A DNA stretch of 59,082 nucleotides, counting the filler, from Basidioascus undulatus (Eukaryota): NCBI GenBank assembly GCA_000826855.1. It is 5 parts of 5 records of this genome, joined end to end, with 100 filler letters (N's around TTAATTAATTAA, not from the genome) between each part and the next. Parts side by side here need not be neighbours in the genome. Positions count along the whole stretch, not along the records: positions 35,917 to 43,584 come from JTLS01001510.1; positions 43,685 to 51,342 come from JTLS01001511.1; 3 more parts are not named here. One strand, written 5' to 3'. A program made the position numbers and the translations under genes. A model generated the notes under the pieces. The model had not been told where the DNA came from. It ran no database searches and saw only the letters and a list, made by a program, of their open reading frames with translations. Of the stretch, positions 40,801-51,442 are shown in pieces (position 1 is the first letter of the stretch; every line of letters begins with the position of its first letter).

Positions 40801-40992
40801 CAGTAGTATCTTGAGTAGCGTGTCTGCCCATCTTCGGAGGGGACGATTCTTCCCATGTCCATGAATGCATGAATGCGTATCTACTCGCATCTTCGCACTG
40901 GAATGCACGCCTGTCAGGATGTCGTACTGGGGACGGCTCCCAAGAAGCGGGAGCAAAGGATCCAGAAATGATAGTTTGCAAAGTGCTCGCAC

Positions 40993-42204
40993 GTGCGTTT
41001 GCGTAAGAGGACGCCAACTTGTGCTGTACGGATTTCCGGCCCGCACGAGCCGTGTGTGCAAGTCTTGTCTGTCTTCCCCGTTCGTCCCTCGACCGTTCGA
41101 CTCTGTTTGGCTCGCCTCTCCGTTCCGACTTTCATACCACGCCGCTTTCCCCGCCCTACACGCCACTCTACCCATTTTCACTGCTCTCTTATCGACGGCG
41201 ATGCTACTTGCGCCGCACCTGCACAGCGCGCTCATGTCCGGCTCGACGAGCTCAGCGTATCCCGGTGCGTCGCCCGGGGACCGGTGCGGTCGGCCCGAAG
41301 AGGGGCGGGCAATGTTCAGCACGGAACTCACGGGCGGTGTCTGTCCCGCGCTGGTTGGCCTACAGTCGATAGCAGCGCGATTGTGGATGATGAGGAGATG
41401 GATGAGCATGAGCACGAGGGGCAGCACCCGCGGACGAGGAAGAGCTTCAGGCCGTGGGAGGACGCCGGCGTGGGCGGGGATGCGTTTGCGGGGCTGAGCA
41501 TGGGCCGTGAGTCGCATAATATCCATAATTCATCTCTCGGCTCTGCTCACGCGCGGATGCACACACCAGATCCCGAAGTACTCCCGCCCGCCCCCGCACA
41601 TAGCACCAGCACCGCCCCCGCTCCCGCCTCCAACCCCTCCTCCAACGCCGCCCTCTACAGCACCATCGCCTCCCGCTTCCGCGCGCTCATCCCCAGCTCC
41701 ACCTCCTCTTCCACCTCCCCGGAAGCAATTTACGGTGCGCCCGGCTCCGCGCGCCGTCGCGCCGTCCTCGCCGAGTTCAAGGACCTCCTCGACTCGATCC
41801 CTGACCGCGCCGTGCGGGACGAGGTCCTCGCGCAGTGGCGCGTCCTGCTGGGCGAGCCGGCCGACGCGGAGGCGAGAAGGCGGAGGCAAAAGCGGAAGAG
41901 GGATGGTGGTTCGGGAGCAGGGGCCGAGGGGGGCAGCGAGAGCGGCGCGAGCTCCGCGGCGAGCTCGAGGCGGAGCAGCGCGAGTAGCGAGGGACGCGTG
42001 AGCGGGTTCCTGGGGCTGCGTGGGGGAGGCGCGGGAGGCGGCGGGGGAGCATTGTGGGCTCTGAGAGGATGGGGAGAGGAGGAGGAGGAGGGCAGAGAGG
42101 CAAGAGAGAAGACGCGGGGGAAGGCGAGTCAAGGCCCCAAGGGCCCCCACCTAGCTGATAAGATCAGGCAACTTTCAAGTCTACTCCCTCAAATCATCAT
42201 CTAA
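40993..42204 (+). CDS. Hypothetical protein (long GC-rich exon; true 5' structure unresolved)
   Basis: 403-codon ORF with coding-like GC3 bias from about 41200 (LYSTIASRFRAL..AVLAEFKDLLDSIPDRAVRDEVLAQWRVLL..RRRRQKRKR, NLS-like). Confidence 0.45.
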   Translation: MRLRKRTPTCAVRISGPHEPCVQVLSVFPVRPSTVRLCLARLSVPTFIPRRFPRPTRHSTHFHCSLIDGDATCAAPAQRAHVRLDELSVSRCVARGPVRSARRGAGNVQHGTHGRCLSRAGWPTVDSSAIVDDEEMDEHEHEGQHPRTRKSFRPWEDAGVGGDAFAGLSMGRESHNIHNSSLGSAHARMHTPDPEVLPPAPAHSTSTAPAPASNPSSNAALYSTIASRFRALIPSSTSSSTSPEAIYGAPGSARRRAVLAEFKDLLDSIPDRAVRDEVLAQWRVLLGEPADAEARRRRQKRKRDGGSGAGAEGGSESGASSAASSRRSSASSEGRVSGFLGLRGGGAGGGGGALWALRGWGEEEEEGREAREKTRGKASQGPKGPHLADKIRQLSSLLPQIII

Positions 42205-42824
42205 CGAAACAGATCCTCTGCTTTCAAATTTGTATACTACTCTGATTTCTCTACGTAATTTATGCGTCCAAATTCCAGTGCAAACAGCTGTTTGGCGTCC
42301 CTCTCAATCCGCAGGGGCCGAAGGCATTTGCATCCATGTTCCCGCGCCCGTCTTACCCTCCCGGCGTTGGTTGACTCCAAGCGCGGTTGGTTCTTCTTCC
42401 GTGTCTATCCTGCTGGCACTCATCGCCCTGACCGGTTGCCAATCCTCGTATTCGACGATACCAGAATCGACAGCTGGATTTTGAGAGCGATACCTCCCCT
42501 CGCTCGCTCGCTCCAAGTACATCGAGTCGATCGATCGTGTCTCGCGCTCGCGTGAGTAGTTGTTCGAGCGTTGGAGCCCTTTGAAAGACGGGCATGTTGC
42601 GAAGTGAACCGCCGGGGATGGGAGGAGTGGTGTCTGAAATACCACCGCGTCGAGGCGCAGCGACCCAGGCAACTCCGCCGCGGAGGGTGCGCGTCTCCCT
42701 ACCTCCCCTGGCACTCGCACATACCTCCAGCTCCTCAACACCTTGCTCATCCCCCCCCTTCTCCTTCTCACCAACAGCGCACCTCTCATCTCCCACCATC
42801 TCTCCACCCCTCGAACAGCTCAGC

Positions 42825-43543
42825 ATGTCCCCCACCCCCGCCGACGAGCAATCGACCATCACCATCGGCCTGATCGGGATGGGCGACATGGGGCGGATGT
42901 ATGCGCGCCGGCTGCTGGAGGGGGGTTGGAAGCGGTGGGTCCCCTCCCTCATCCCCCTATCCTCATCTGTGGAACTGAACAGAGAAGTTGATGCGGGATG
43001 GCGGTACAGGATTGTCGTTTGTGATCGGCCGGAGATGTACGATGCGCTCAGGACGGAGTTGGAAGGTCCGTGGGCGCTTCCTCTTCCTCCGTTCCCTTGC
43101 CTCTCTGGTAGACAGGGATGTAGGCTGATGGAGGAGTGGAACTCGACAGGCTCGGGCCTCACCGTCGTCCGCGACGGCCACTTCGTCGCGCGCCAGTCGG
43201 ACTTTGTCCTCTACTCTGTCGAGGCAGAGTTCATCGACCGCGTCGTGGCGGAGTACGGTCCCTGTCCGTCCTTCTCGCCCTTCCTCCTTCCCCGTTCCCC
43301 CATCTCCAGCCGTCTCCATCCCCCTCTCCTTCCCCTCCACCCCTCCCGTCCCTCGAGCATAGGTGCTGACAGTCCAAGATGGGATGAACACCAGCCACCA
43401 AAGTAGGCGCGATCGTCTCTGGCCAGACATCCGTCAAGGCGCCCGAAAAGGCTGCGTTCGAGGCGCACCTCCCCCCCGACGTGCACATCGTCTCTGTGCA
43501 CTCGCTGCACGGGCCGACAGTGAACCCGGAGGGTCAGCCGCTG
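42825..43543 (+). CDS. TYR1: Prephenate dehydrogenase, N-terminal part (truncated by gap)
   Basis: IGLIGMGDMGRMYARRL|IVVCDRPE..|DGHFVARQSDFVLYSVEAEFIDRVVAEYGP|TKVGAIVSGQTSVKAPEKAAFEAHLPPDVHIVSVHSLHGPTVNPEGQPL. Confidence 0.95.
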
Positions 43544-43584
43544 GTGCGTCATCCTTCTCCCCCTCCACTCCTTCCCCCCCCCCC

Positions 43585-43684
43585 NNNNNNNNNNNNNNNN
43601 NNNNNNNNNNNNNNNNNNNNNNNNNNNNTTAATTAATTAANNNNNNNNNNNNNNNNNNNNNNNNNNNNNNNNNNNNNNNNNNNN
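43585..43684. other. Assembly gap spacer
   Basis: N44-TTAATTAATTAA-N44. Confidence 0.99.
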
Positions 43685-43709
43685 GAGACGGAGGAGGGAG
43701 GAGACGCAC

Positions 43710-44466
43710 CTCCGTACTGCGTGTACCCCTGCTTCAGATCACACAGCTTCTGCGCAAGCTGTTCCACAGGGATGTCCTCGTCAAAACTGAACAGATGCCG
43801 CTGGGCGGCCATCCGCGCGTAGTTGACAAGCGAGTTGGCGTCCGCCGTAATGCCCGCCACGCCCGCGACGACATTCCTGGTCGATCCACCCCAGGTTAGA
43901 ATTTACCCCCACAGAAATCAACGCTCAATGCAGAGCGGGATAGGGGAACGCACGAGTTCAGCGTAAAGATCTTCTCCCCGCTCGCCTCCGCCCGGTCAAG
44001 GAGCTTGCTCGTCACGCGCTTCTCCGCGGCGAGCACGACGCCGTCCTTGGCGAGAATTCCGATGACCGTGCCAGCGTGGGAGATGGCCTCCATCGCATAC
44101 TCGACTGTGAACCACCCTTACTATCTGCTCAGCGGTCCGCGCAGGGGCTGATCTGGCCTCGCCCGGATGATGACGTACTTTGGTAGAGTCGCCCTGAAGA
44201 CGGGTGGGAGGGTGAGCTCTGGGCGGAAGCGAGGAGGGGTATGTAATGGGATACTCACCCTCGGGCGAGAAGATAGTGGTGCGGCCTGTAAAGTACGGCG
44301 GAAGCAGCGAAAGCAGCTGCAGTCAGCCAAGGGCAGCTCGGGGAAGCCAGGCAGCGGGCTCGACGCTCAACGCACTATCGTATCTGCGGGCCTACAAATC
44401 CCCCCCCTCCCCCCAATTTAGCGACAATCCCACAGTTATTCCAAGGTCAAATCAGCCACGCACCAT
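43710..44466 (-). CDS. PRE9: 20S proteasome subunit alpha-3, N-terminal part (truncated by gap)
   Basis: [57 protein letters not shown]..EKIF|..AGITADANSLVNYARMAAQRH..IPVEQLAQKLCDLKQGYTQYGG. Confidence 0.96.
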
Positions 44467-44599
44467 GATGCTTTCCGAGTCTGTGAAGTGCAGTGAGTGT
44501 AATGGCGGGCCTCATCACCGAATCCAACGCGTCGTCGCGGCACCCATGGACCGTAACCCCCATCCCTCATCCTTGGCTGCCTCCCGCATTTCCGCGGAA

Positions 44600-45457
44600 A
44601 CCCCTGGGGAGGGCATAAAATCCTGCCCCGCCGCGTGCCTTCTCTTCTCCTCACTAATGCAATCCTCGGTCCTCCACAAGGCGACGCGGCCTTCATCCCA
44701 TGGACGCGCACTGCCAACCCGGATCCGACAGACGGAATCGCACGCGAGAGCTCTAGGGCCTGCGGTGCCGCTGACGATCGCTGGGCTACTGAAACCTCTC
44801 GCACATCTCGATGTGGTTCCGTATGTGGTGCTTACGGAAGTTGGACTTTGCGGAGCCTGAAAAGGAGCAGATACATTGTTTGCGCCTCACTTGCCACCTC
44901 TCTGAGCGTGTCAATCTGCGAATGTGCAGAATGTGCAGTCTTGCTTGGCTCACATTCGGTCTAATCCTTCGCCAAGCGTCTCGCGGAGATTCCATTTCTG
45001 GAGACTGAATGTTCATTTAGCTACACGAGCACCCGGTCTTGAACATGAGATGAATTGGGCTAGACAGAAGCTCGTCATACGGCTGTTTGAGATGCTGAAG
45101 ATTGGGGAGAAGTTCGAAAATCTCCACCACAGCGTTGCGCGCGTCCGAGTTGGCGTCGTCAAACCCTGGACTCTCCGGCACGACGTACAGCAAACGACGT
45201 CACGGATGAATCGATTCGAAGGGTCTGCACGAGAGCTGCGCACTCTGGACGGGCGCGAGAGGCATGCAAGAATTGAGGTGCGTGGTTGGCGAGAAAGTCC
45301 GGGTTGCGGTAGAGGCGCAGCGCGAAGAGTGCATGGAAGCGGCGCGAGACCATCGAGAAGTTTTTGAGGATCCGGGTGCGAGTGGAGGGAAGTTTTGAAT
45401 AAGGCCAGAAACAATGTCTAGCAGTGTCTCGTCAGGGTGGTCAGTGAATTTTGCCAT
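44600..45457 (-). pseudogene. F-box-like gene remnant (similar architecture to the 36657 locus)
   Basis: MAKFTDHPDETLLDIVSGL / LSMVSRRFHALFALRLYRNP..RPECAALVQTLRI / LVEIFELLPNLQHLK in shifting frames. The 3' limit is approximate. Confidence 0.55.
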
Positions 45458-47588
45458 GATCAGGTAACTAGAGATGCTGATGGAAGGGAGGAAAGAGTAC
45501 GAAGGCCGCATAAGAGGACTAAGTAGTGTCTTCAAGGTGGCATGAGACCTCAAACCTTGTTCCTGCCCATCCGTGCAGCGGACAGTAACCGGCAAGGTAC
45601 AAAAACATACATCACGACGCCCGGTGATCCCAGGACAGACTGCACGAACTGAAAAAGAACAATGTGGCCTCGCACTTGTAGCCTGCGATAAGTTTACGCC
45701 CTTCAGTTCTCCGATAACGCCGTTGTATTTCGGCTGTCACCTGGGGATTATCCCTATGGATCGGCACACCACAGCACGGTAGACATATAGCATTCCTATG
45801 TACAGTTTTGTTTGCGGCGGAGGTGAGTCCACAGGGCTCTGGATTGCTCTTTATAGCTGGTCTTAATGAATGTTCTGGATCTTTGAAACCCGTGGTGAGA
45901 TTGCAGGAGACTCCGGGAGGACAGCGAGGGTGTGCAACTTGGCTACCCGACCGGACAGTCTGCGGTGGGCAGGCTTTGCACCGATCTTGAATCACTGCAT
46001 TTTCCAATACAGCAGTCCGTAACCCGCTTATGTTAGTTTCCTGCATGTTAATTAATCTTCGCTGTCCTTCGTGGACGACTCCACTCTGCTGCGGCTTCAG
46101 TTGCTCGCCACACAAGCGGAGGTGCTGCACTGTATATGTCTGCGAGGCCCGGCGAGAACTGTGCCGCGCCTCAAATCAGAGGAACTTCCAACATTTCCTT
46201 GGAAGCTTGTGTGCTCTTCTCCGAGGCGTCCTCATCAGGTCCGATTTTGTAGGAAATGTATAAGTCTTCAGGCCCAAAGCACCTAAGACATGATTAAGCG
46301 GGCCCTTGACAGAGGGATCCAAACCGTCCTGCGCAGGGAAAGGGAAGGTCACGGAGGCAACGCACCTCGTCTCCCTCCCTCCTTCACCTCGTCAAACCCT
46401 GTTCTGCATGACGCAGAAGCGCTTTACTGCAGCTAATAAACAAAATGGGAATGTGCGGGCGGCTCTTCCCGAGTCTTATCGGGCGTCCTTAGTTCCTGCG
46501 GCAGGGCCCAACTATGCCTTACCCGCTTTCCGCCGGACAATCATCTTGTTCCCTCCAGTTTGGGTAAGCCGGCCGAGCACCGTTACCAACCCGTTCAACT
46601 TCAAACATGAAGACTTTGCTCCCCAATGAGGATGTTAATCGCATAGTTGAGACAACCAATGTAGCGGGAGGAAGGCCGGCCTTTTCCGTCCTGAAACGTC
46701 CGACAGCGCGTGCTTAAATGTGACCGACGATGAGCCTGGACGAGACCCGTACAAAACCACCACCGCCTTATTGACCCTTATACGCTGTGCTGGGAGTGCT
46801 TCGAATCAGGCAGAGCATCGAGTGCTCAAAAGCAGATCCTAAGGTTCCAGCATTTAGTCTCTCCGCATCCCCCCCGCGAGTCATAGACACAAAACTGCAT
46901 ACCATTCATCATCGATAGCAGAGACAGCAGACAAAAATTGTTTGTACCCTGAATCGAAGGATTACAATCGACACTTCAACGGAGCACAGATTGAAACAGA
47001 GCATCAGCGCGGACATCCGCTCTTCCCGATTTTACCCTCGGATCATGCATGCAACGGCGGATCTGGGAAAGCCAACCGGCGTCTGAACCTATTTGAAAAA
47101 AATATGAAAGTCCCAAAGCGAAAACTGCAGAGCTAGCCCAATGAACACTTTGAAAGCGACTGCTTGGGCATACGCCGGTCTGTCCTCGGCAGAGCCGTTG
47201 AGCCTCAGATGCTCGCTGGGGACAAGGCAAGCATACTATAGCTACAAACAACATCTTGGGACCTCGCCAGCACTCCAGAGACATAGTGAAGCGCTGCGAT
47301 CCAGCTGCAGCAGAGCACACTCAACCCAGGACAGCGACGGGGTGTAGATGGGTATTTGAACCAGCGTGCAGAAGCAGGTTATGAGAAGTGCATACTACGA
47401 ACTGCTACACTCGAGCGATATTCGGTAACCGAACGTATAAAACAAGGCGCGGCCAACCCCGTCAACCCCCGCTCGCCCCCGCCCCCGTAGCAATTGTCGC
47501 ACGCCCGCGCCGAAAGTAAGCATGCCGAACAACCATGCATCATTGTCTTCTCGCTACTCCGTGATCCATCCTGTTCCGCGACAGCAGC

Positions 47589-48578
47589 TCAAGCATCGCT
47601 GCCGACCTCCCTCCTCCTCCAGACAGCGATCATCTCCCGTCCCTTATGGCCCTCCACGCTCCGGGTCGGCTCCTCGAGCAGCACGTTCTCGAACGTGTCC
47701 TCCAGTAGCGCGCGGTAGCCGTCCACGCTGACCGAAAAGGGCGGTCCGCCTTGGCGGTCCCCGTCGATCGGATAGATCAGTGTGATGAGGATCCCGCCCG
47801 GTGAGAGAAGGTCGGCCATGCGGACAGCCCAGGCCTTGCGCAAAGAAGGAGGCAGAGCACAGTGGAAAGCTGTGGAAGGCGGCGTACACTCAGTCCACGT
47901 TGCAAGTTCGAGACTTTGAGCAGAGGTCGACGCACTGTAGTCGTAGATGAGGTCGAATGGCTTCGGGTTAGGGAACGTGAAGAAATCCGCCTCCTGGAAG
48001 GAGACGTTCTTCGGCGGATTCGGCTGCGAAGCGAGCCACCTGTGGAGTTGTCCAAGTCACGGCTGTTGTGAACGGCGGGAGGATGCTCTGAGCGTTCATA
48101 CGCACTCGGAGGCCTTCTTCACTCCAACAGTAGAGATGTCGAGCCCAACCGTGTGGAAGCCGAGCTGGCCGAAGAACGCTGCGTCGTAGCCCTGCAAGCA
48201 ACCAATGTCAGCTCAGCATGCGTGAAGTTCGGGTGGAGTTCAACGCACCCGACCGCAACCCGGCACCAGAGCCCGTCCTGACTTGGGAAGCTGGAACTTA
48301 CCCTCCTCGACAAGCTCGCGCAGGGCCGGCTGCACCCCGCCATCGTCCCATGGGGGAACCTGCTGTGTCTCCCAGACGCGATCCCAGCCCTTGCCCTCTG
48401 CGCGTGATGGCCATCAGTCAGGACAAGCTCCAATACACATGCTTGGACGCATGTACGTCAGTGACAGGAAAGATTCACGATCGTTAGGATGCTCCGCGAG
48501 CGTTGAGCGCATCTTCAAGATGCGTTCGAGCTTGTCCCCCTGGATCCCAGCGTGCGCAGGATCCCCGCCGGTCGACAT
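47589..48578 (-). CDS. Halide/thiol S-methyltransferase (TPMT/HOL-HMT family), multi-exon
   Basis: GWDRVWETQQVPPWDDGGVQPALRELVE..RALVPGCGR|GYDA..GLDIS|..ADFF..FDLIYDY|TFHCALPPSLRKAWAVRMADLLSPGGILITLIYPIDGDRQGGPPFSVS..GREMIAVWRR. Confidence 0.9.
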
Positions 48579-48767
48579 GCTTGAGTTTTGAAACGTTTGT
48601 GAAAGTTAGGTGACTATCTTAAGAGCAGGAGGCAAGAGGTGCAGCGATGGCCCCAGCGGTAAAAGCCAAAGAACACCGCGAGATCCCGGCACGGCCGGTT
48701 TCGACTACCCGCCCGCGTCTTCGCGCTTCCCTCCACCGCACGTTCTTTGGCTCGATACCCGCCCACC

Positions 48768-49274
48768 ATGCCCCTCGCAAGGCCCTCCAACACCCTGCGC
48801 CTTCTCCGACCACGCGCTGGTGCTTCCCTCATTGTTACTTCCCCGCGGGCTCTGCATCCGACGCCTGCGCCTCGGCAGCGCGCAGAAGACGAGCATGGTC
48901 GTCGAAGCATCTCGGACGCGTCTCGCCGGCACCGGGCCTTCTACACCGAGATCGCGCCCCCGATGATCAAGGTTCTTGTTATCGCGTCTATCGTCTACTT
49001 TGTGCGTCTCTAATGGTCACTCTGCGCACCCTCCAGCTGGGGCGAGGCTGATGAAGAGGGGGGATGACAGGCGCTCCAGCTCGCGTGGGCCAAGCTGGAC
49101 CAGGAGAAGCAGGAGGTCGACTACGCCGAGCGGATTGGCGCGCTCGAGCGGGACCTGGAGGAGCTGCAGGAAAAGGCGAGGAGGGAGGAGAAGGAGGGAT
49201 CGGCAGTTGGGGCTGGACCGAGTGGGGCGGAACGGAAGAAGGAAGGCAGGAAGGGGTGGTTTGGCCTTTGGTGA
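48768..49274 (+). CDS. Small mitochondrial inner-membrane protein, INA17-like; 2 exons
   Basis: Arg-rich presequence MPLARPSNTLRLLRPR, then FYTEIAPPMIKVLVIASIVYF|ALQLAWAKLDQE (TM helix), a coiled coil and a GWFGLW* tail. Confidence 0.55.
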
Positions 49275-49322
49275 GCGCATCAGCGCTGATATTTTATACG
49301 GCGTCCGTATGGTCGTTCCGGT

Positions 49323-50416
49323 CTAGGAGCTCGAGTTGTTCGCCCACTCACATCCCCATCGATCATCCTCACTTCGTTCGGTTGCAGCAACTCGATCAGC
49401 GTTCAACGCCTCACATAATCTCCGCTTTCTGGAAATCAATCGCTTCGATATCATTTACATCGTATCGAAGCTGACCCGATGACAAGCTTCGCAATCGGCT
49501 CGTCCTGTACGCGCGATTGCTCAACAATCGCACAACGATTCATCTCCCGTGCCTCGGCCATCCATGAGCTCGACCAAACGAAGCCTCCTTACCCACATAG
49601 CGACCATGAGGGTTTTAAGAAGTATAAAGCCTGCGGTCGCCAGCGTCCCAGACTAACCTGCCTCTTCCGCACCTCCGCACGCAGCCACCAGTCTTCAGAC
49701 CACGCCGGCAGCTCCTCGACGACTTCTCCCTCGATGGCGTAGTAGAGTGCGGCAGCTTCCCCGCCATCAGCATGCAGCAATGTGAGAATCGCAACGCCAT
49801 GCCCGCGTCTCGCGATCTCTAACATGAACTCGCTGTCAGACGACGCTGTGCTACGAACGCAGAGACCTCTTACACTCACCAGTCGCGTGAGATCGCTCAA
49901 TTGCTTCCACCAAGTCACGTCCAGACCCATACGGATGCAACAGAAAGCATTTGCCTCATCGACCCGTTGTATCTGATAGCCGACGGGCTCGAAACGCGGC
50001 GGGTCCAGGCTGACGAGTCGAACCGTGACGAGAAGAGCTTGGCGTGCACAGTTGGAGCAGTCAGCCGTCAAGCGAAGGGCATGCAAGAGAACGATTTCTA
50101 GGGAATCTGAGTTTGTACCAAGCCACGTTTCGAGGGCGGTAGAGAAGGCGGCGTGGGGTGACGAGGGGGACAGGGCAGCAGCGTTGGTCCTGCACGCGCC
50201 CTTGTGCTCGGGCCAATGCTGTCGTTGACAATCCCTGGAACAATAACATGCTGAAGGAAGGACACCTTTTCAGTATTCTGTTCTTCCTAAAGCGGAAGTA
50301 CCGATCGACGTAAAGACGAACGAACCTCGCTTGCAACGGCTGCAGAGCTGATGCTTCGCTCCTTTCGCCGGCGGGCGCTCGCAGTTGTCGCAGTTCCCAG
50401 CCTCCTTCAAGAGGCC
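49323..50416 (-). CDS. MYND-type zinc finger protein, multi-exon (start codon upstream, unresolved)
   Basis: Spliced CDNCERPPAKGAKHQLCSRCKR|ACYCSRDCQRQHWPEHKGAC is a complete MYND finger, followed by an open frame of about 120 codons and further exons. Ends are approximate. Confidence 0.75.
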
Positions 50417-50880
50417 TTTCTGATGGAGGACATATCGCGAGGTAAGAAGGTCAGCCTGGCGGCGGGTGGTGATGGTGCTGAAGCAAGACGAAGCGACTCG
50501 CCGCGCGCGGACCTCTGCGGACGTGTTAACGTCTTTCGTTTGCGGGCCGCAGTCTGTGCCGTCCCTTAGTGCAGACGATGACAACGGAGTATCCTCAAAA
50601 GTGTAACAAATGAAGGAGCCACACGATGGTACTACAACGCCTATCACTTTTGGCATGAGCTGCGCACATAATTGCAACTTGAGCTCAACCGGCTGTCTAC
50701 TGAAGCCTGCGCCTTACGAACAATCTTGTGCTAATTGGAGGCAAACCGCAGTCGTTCATCAATTCAGGGATAACGTCATCGCAGACGACAAAGACGAACC
50801 ACGGGTGAAGCAGTCCAGCATGAAGAATATAGCAGCAAGGGCTTGGCGTTGCCATCATAGATCGTCCAGTGAAGCACCTC

Positions 50881-51299
50881 TCAGTCGTACTGCTCCAGCA
50901 CTTTCAGTTCCTCTTCGCTCAGCAGCTCCTCGTCCTCGACCTACCCACCCCACCCCACATCAGTATACCGCTCCGCCCACCGCCGCCCGCCTCCATGCAC
51001 TCACCTCAACTTCAATATCCCCTTCCTCCTCCACATCCCCCTCCTCCTCCAGCAGCAATCTGCACCCCTCCCAGTCCACCTCCTCCCGCTGCCCAAGCGC
51101 CGCGCCCGCAACAGCGAGCCCATCCGCGCGCTCGTTCCCCTCCACCCCGCGGTGCCCGCGCACGTGCGTGAGCTTCACGCGCCCGCGCCCGCGCGCGGAG
51201 AGGAGCGCGAGGAGGTACTGTAACAGGTCTGCGTTCTTTACGGGCTCGCCGGTTGTGCGCTTCACCCAGTTGTTGGAACGCCATCTTTTTATGCTCCTC
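50881..51299 (-). CDS. RNH1: Ribonuclease H1, C-terminal two exons (5' part in gap)
   Basis: IKRWRSNNWVKRTTGEPVKNADLLQYL..VKLTHVRGHRGVEGNERADGLAVAGA, then an intron and the acidic tail VEDEELLSEEELKVLEQYD*. Intron and tail indicate the cellular enzyme rather than a retroelement domain. Confidence 0.88.
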
Positions 51300-51342
51300 C
51301 TGAGCCTCGGCAAGGGGAGACTGGGGATAGTGCGAGTGTCAG

Positions 51343-51442
51343 NNNNNNNNNNNNNNNNNNNNNNNNNNNNNNNNNNNNNNNNNNNNTTAATTAATTAANN
51401 NNNNNNNNNNNNNNNNNNNNNNNNNNNNNNNNNNNNNNNNNN
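51343..51442. other. Assembly gap spacer
   Basis: N44-TTAATTAATTAA-N44. Confidence 0.99.

Noticed and set aside
27827..48578. Metabolic gene cluster (ATIC, TYR1, methyltransferases)
   Set aside because: Unrelated pathways, separated by housekeeping genes and assembly gaps; no backbone biosynthetic enzyme.
50881..51299. RNase H domain as evidence of a retrotransposon
   Set aside because: It has a spliceosomal intron and an acidic tail typical of cellular RNase H1; no RT, integrase or LTR nearby.
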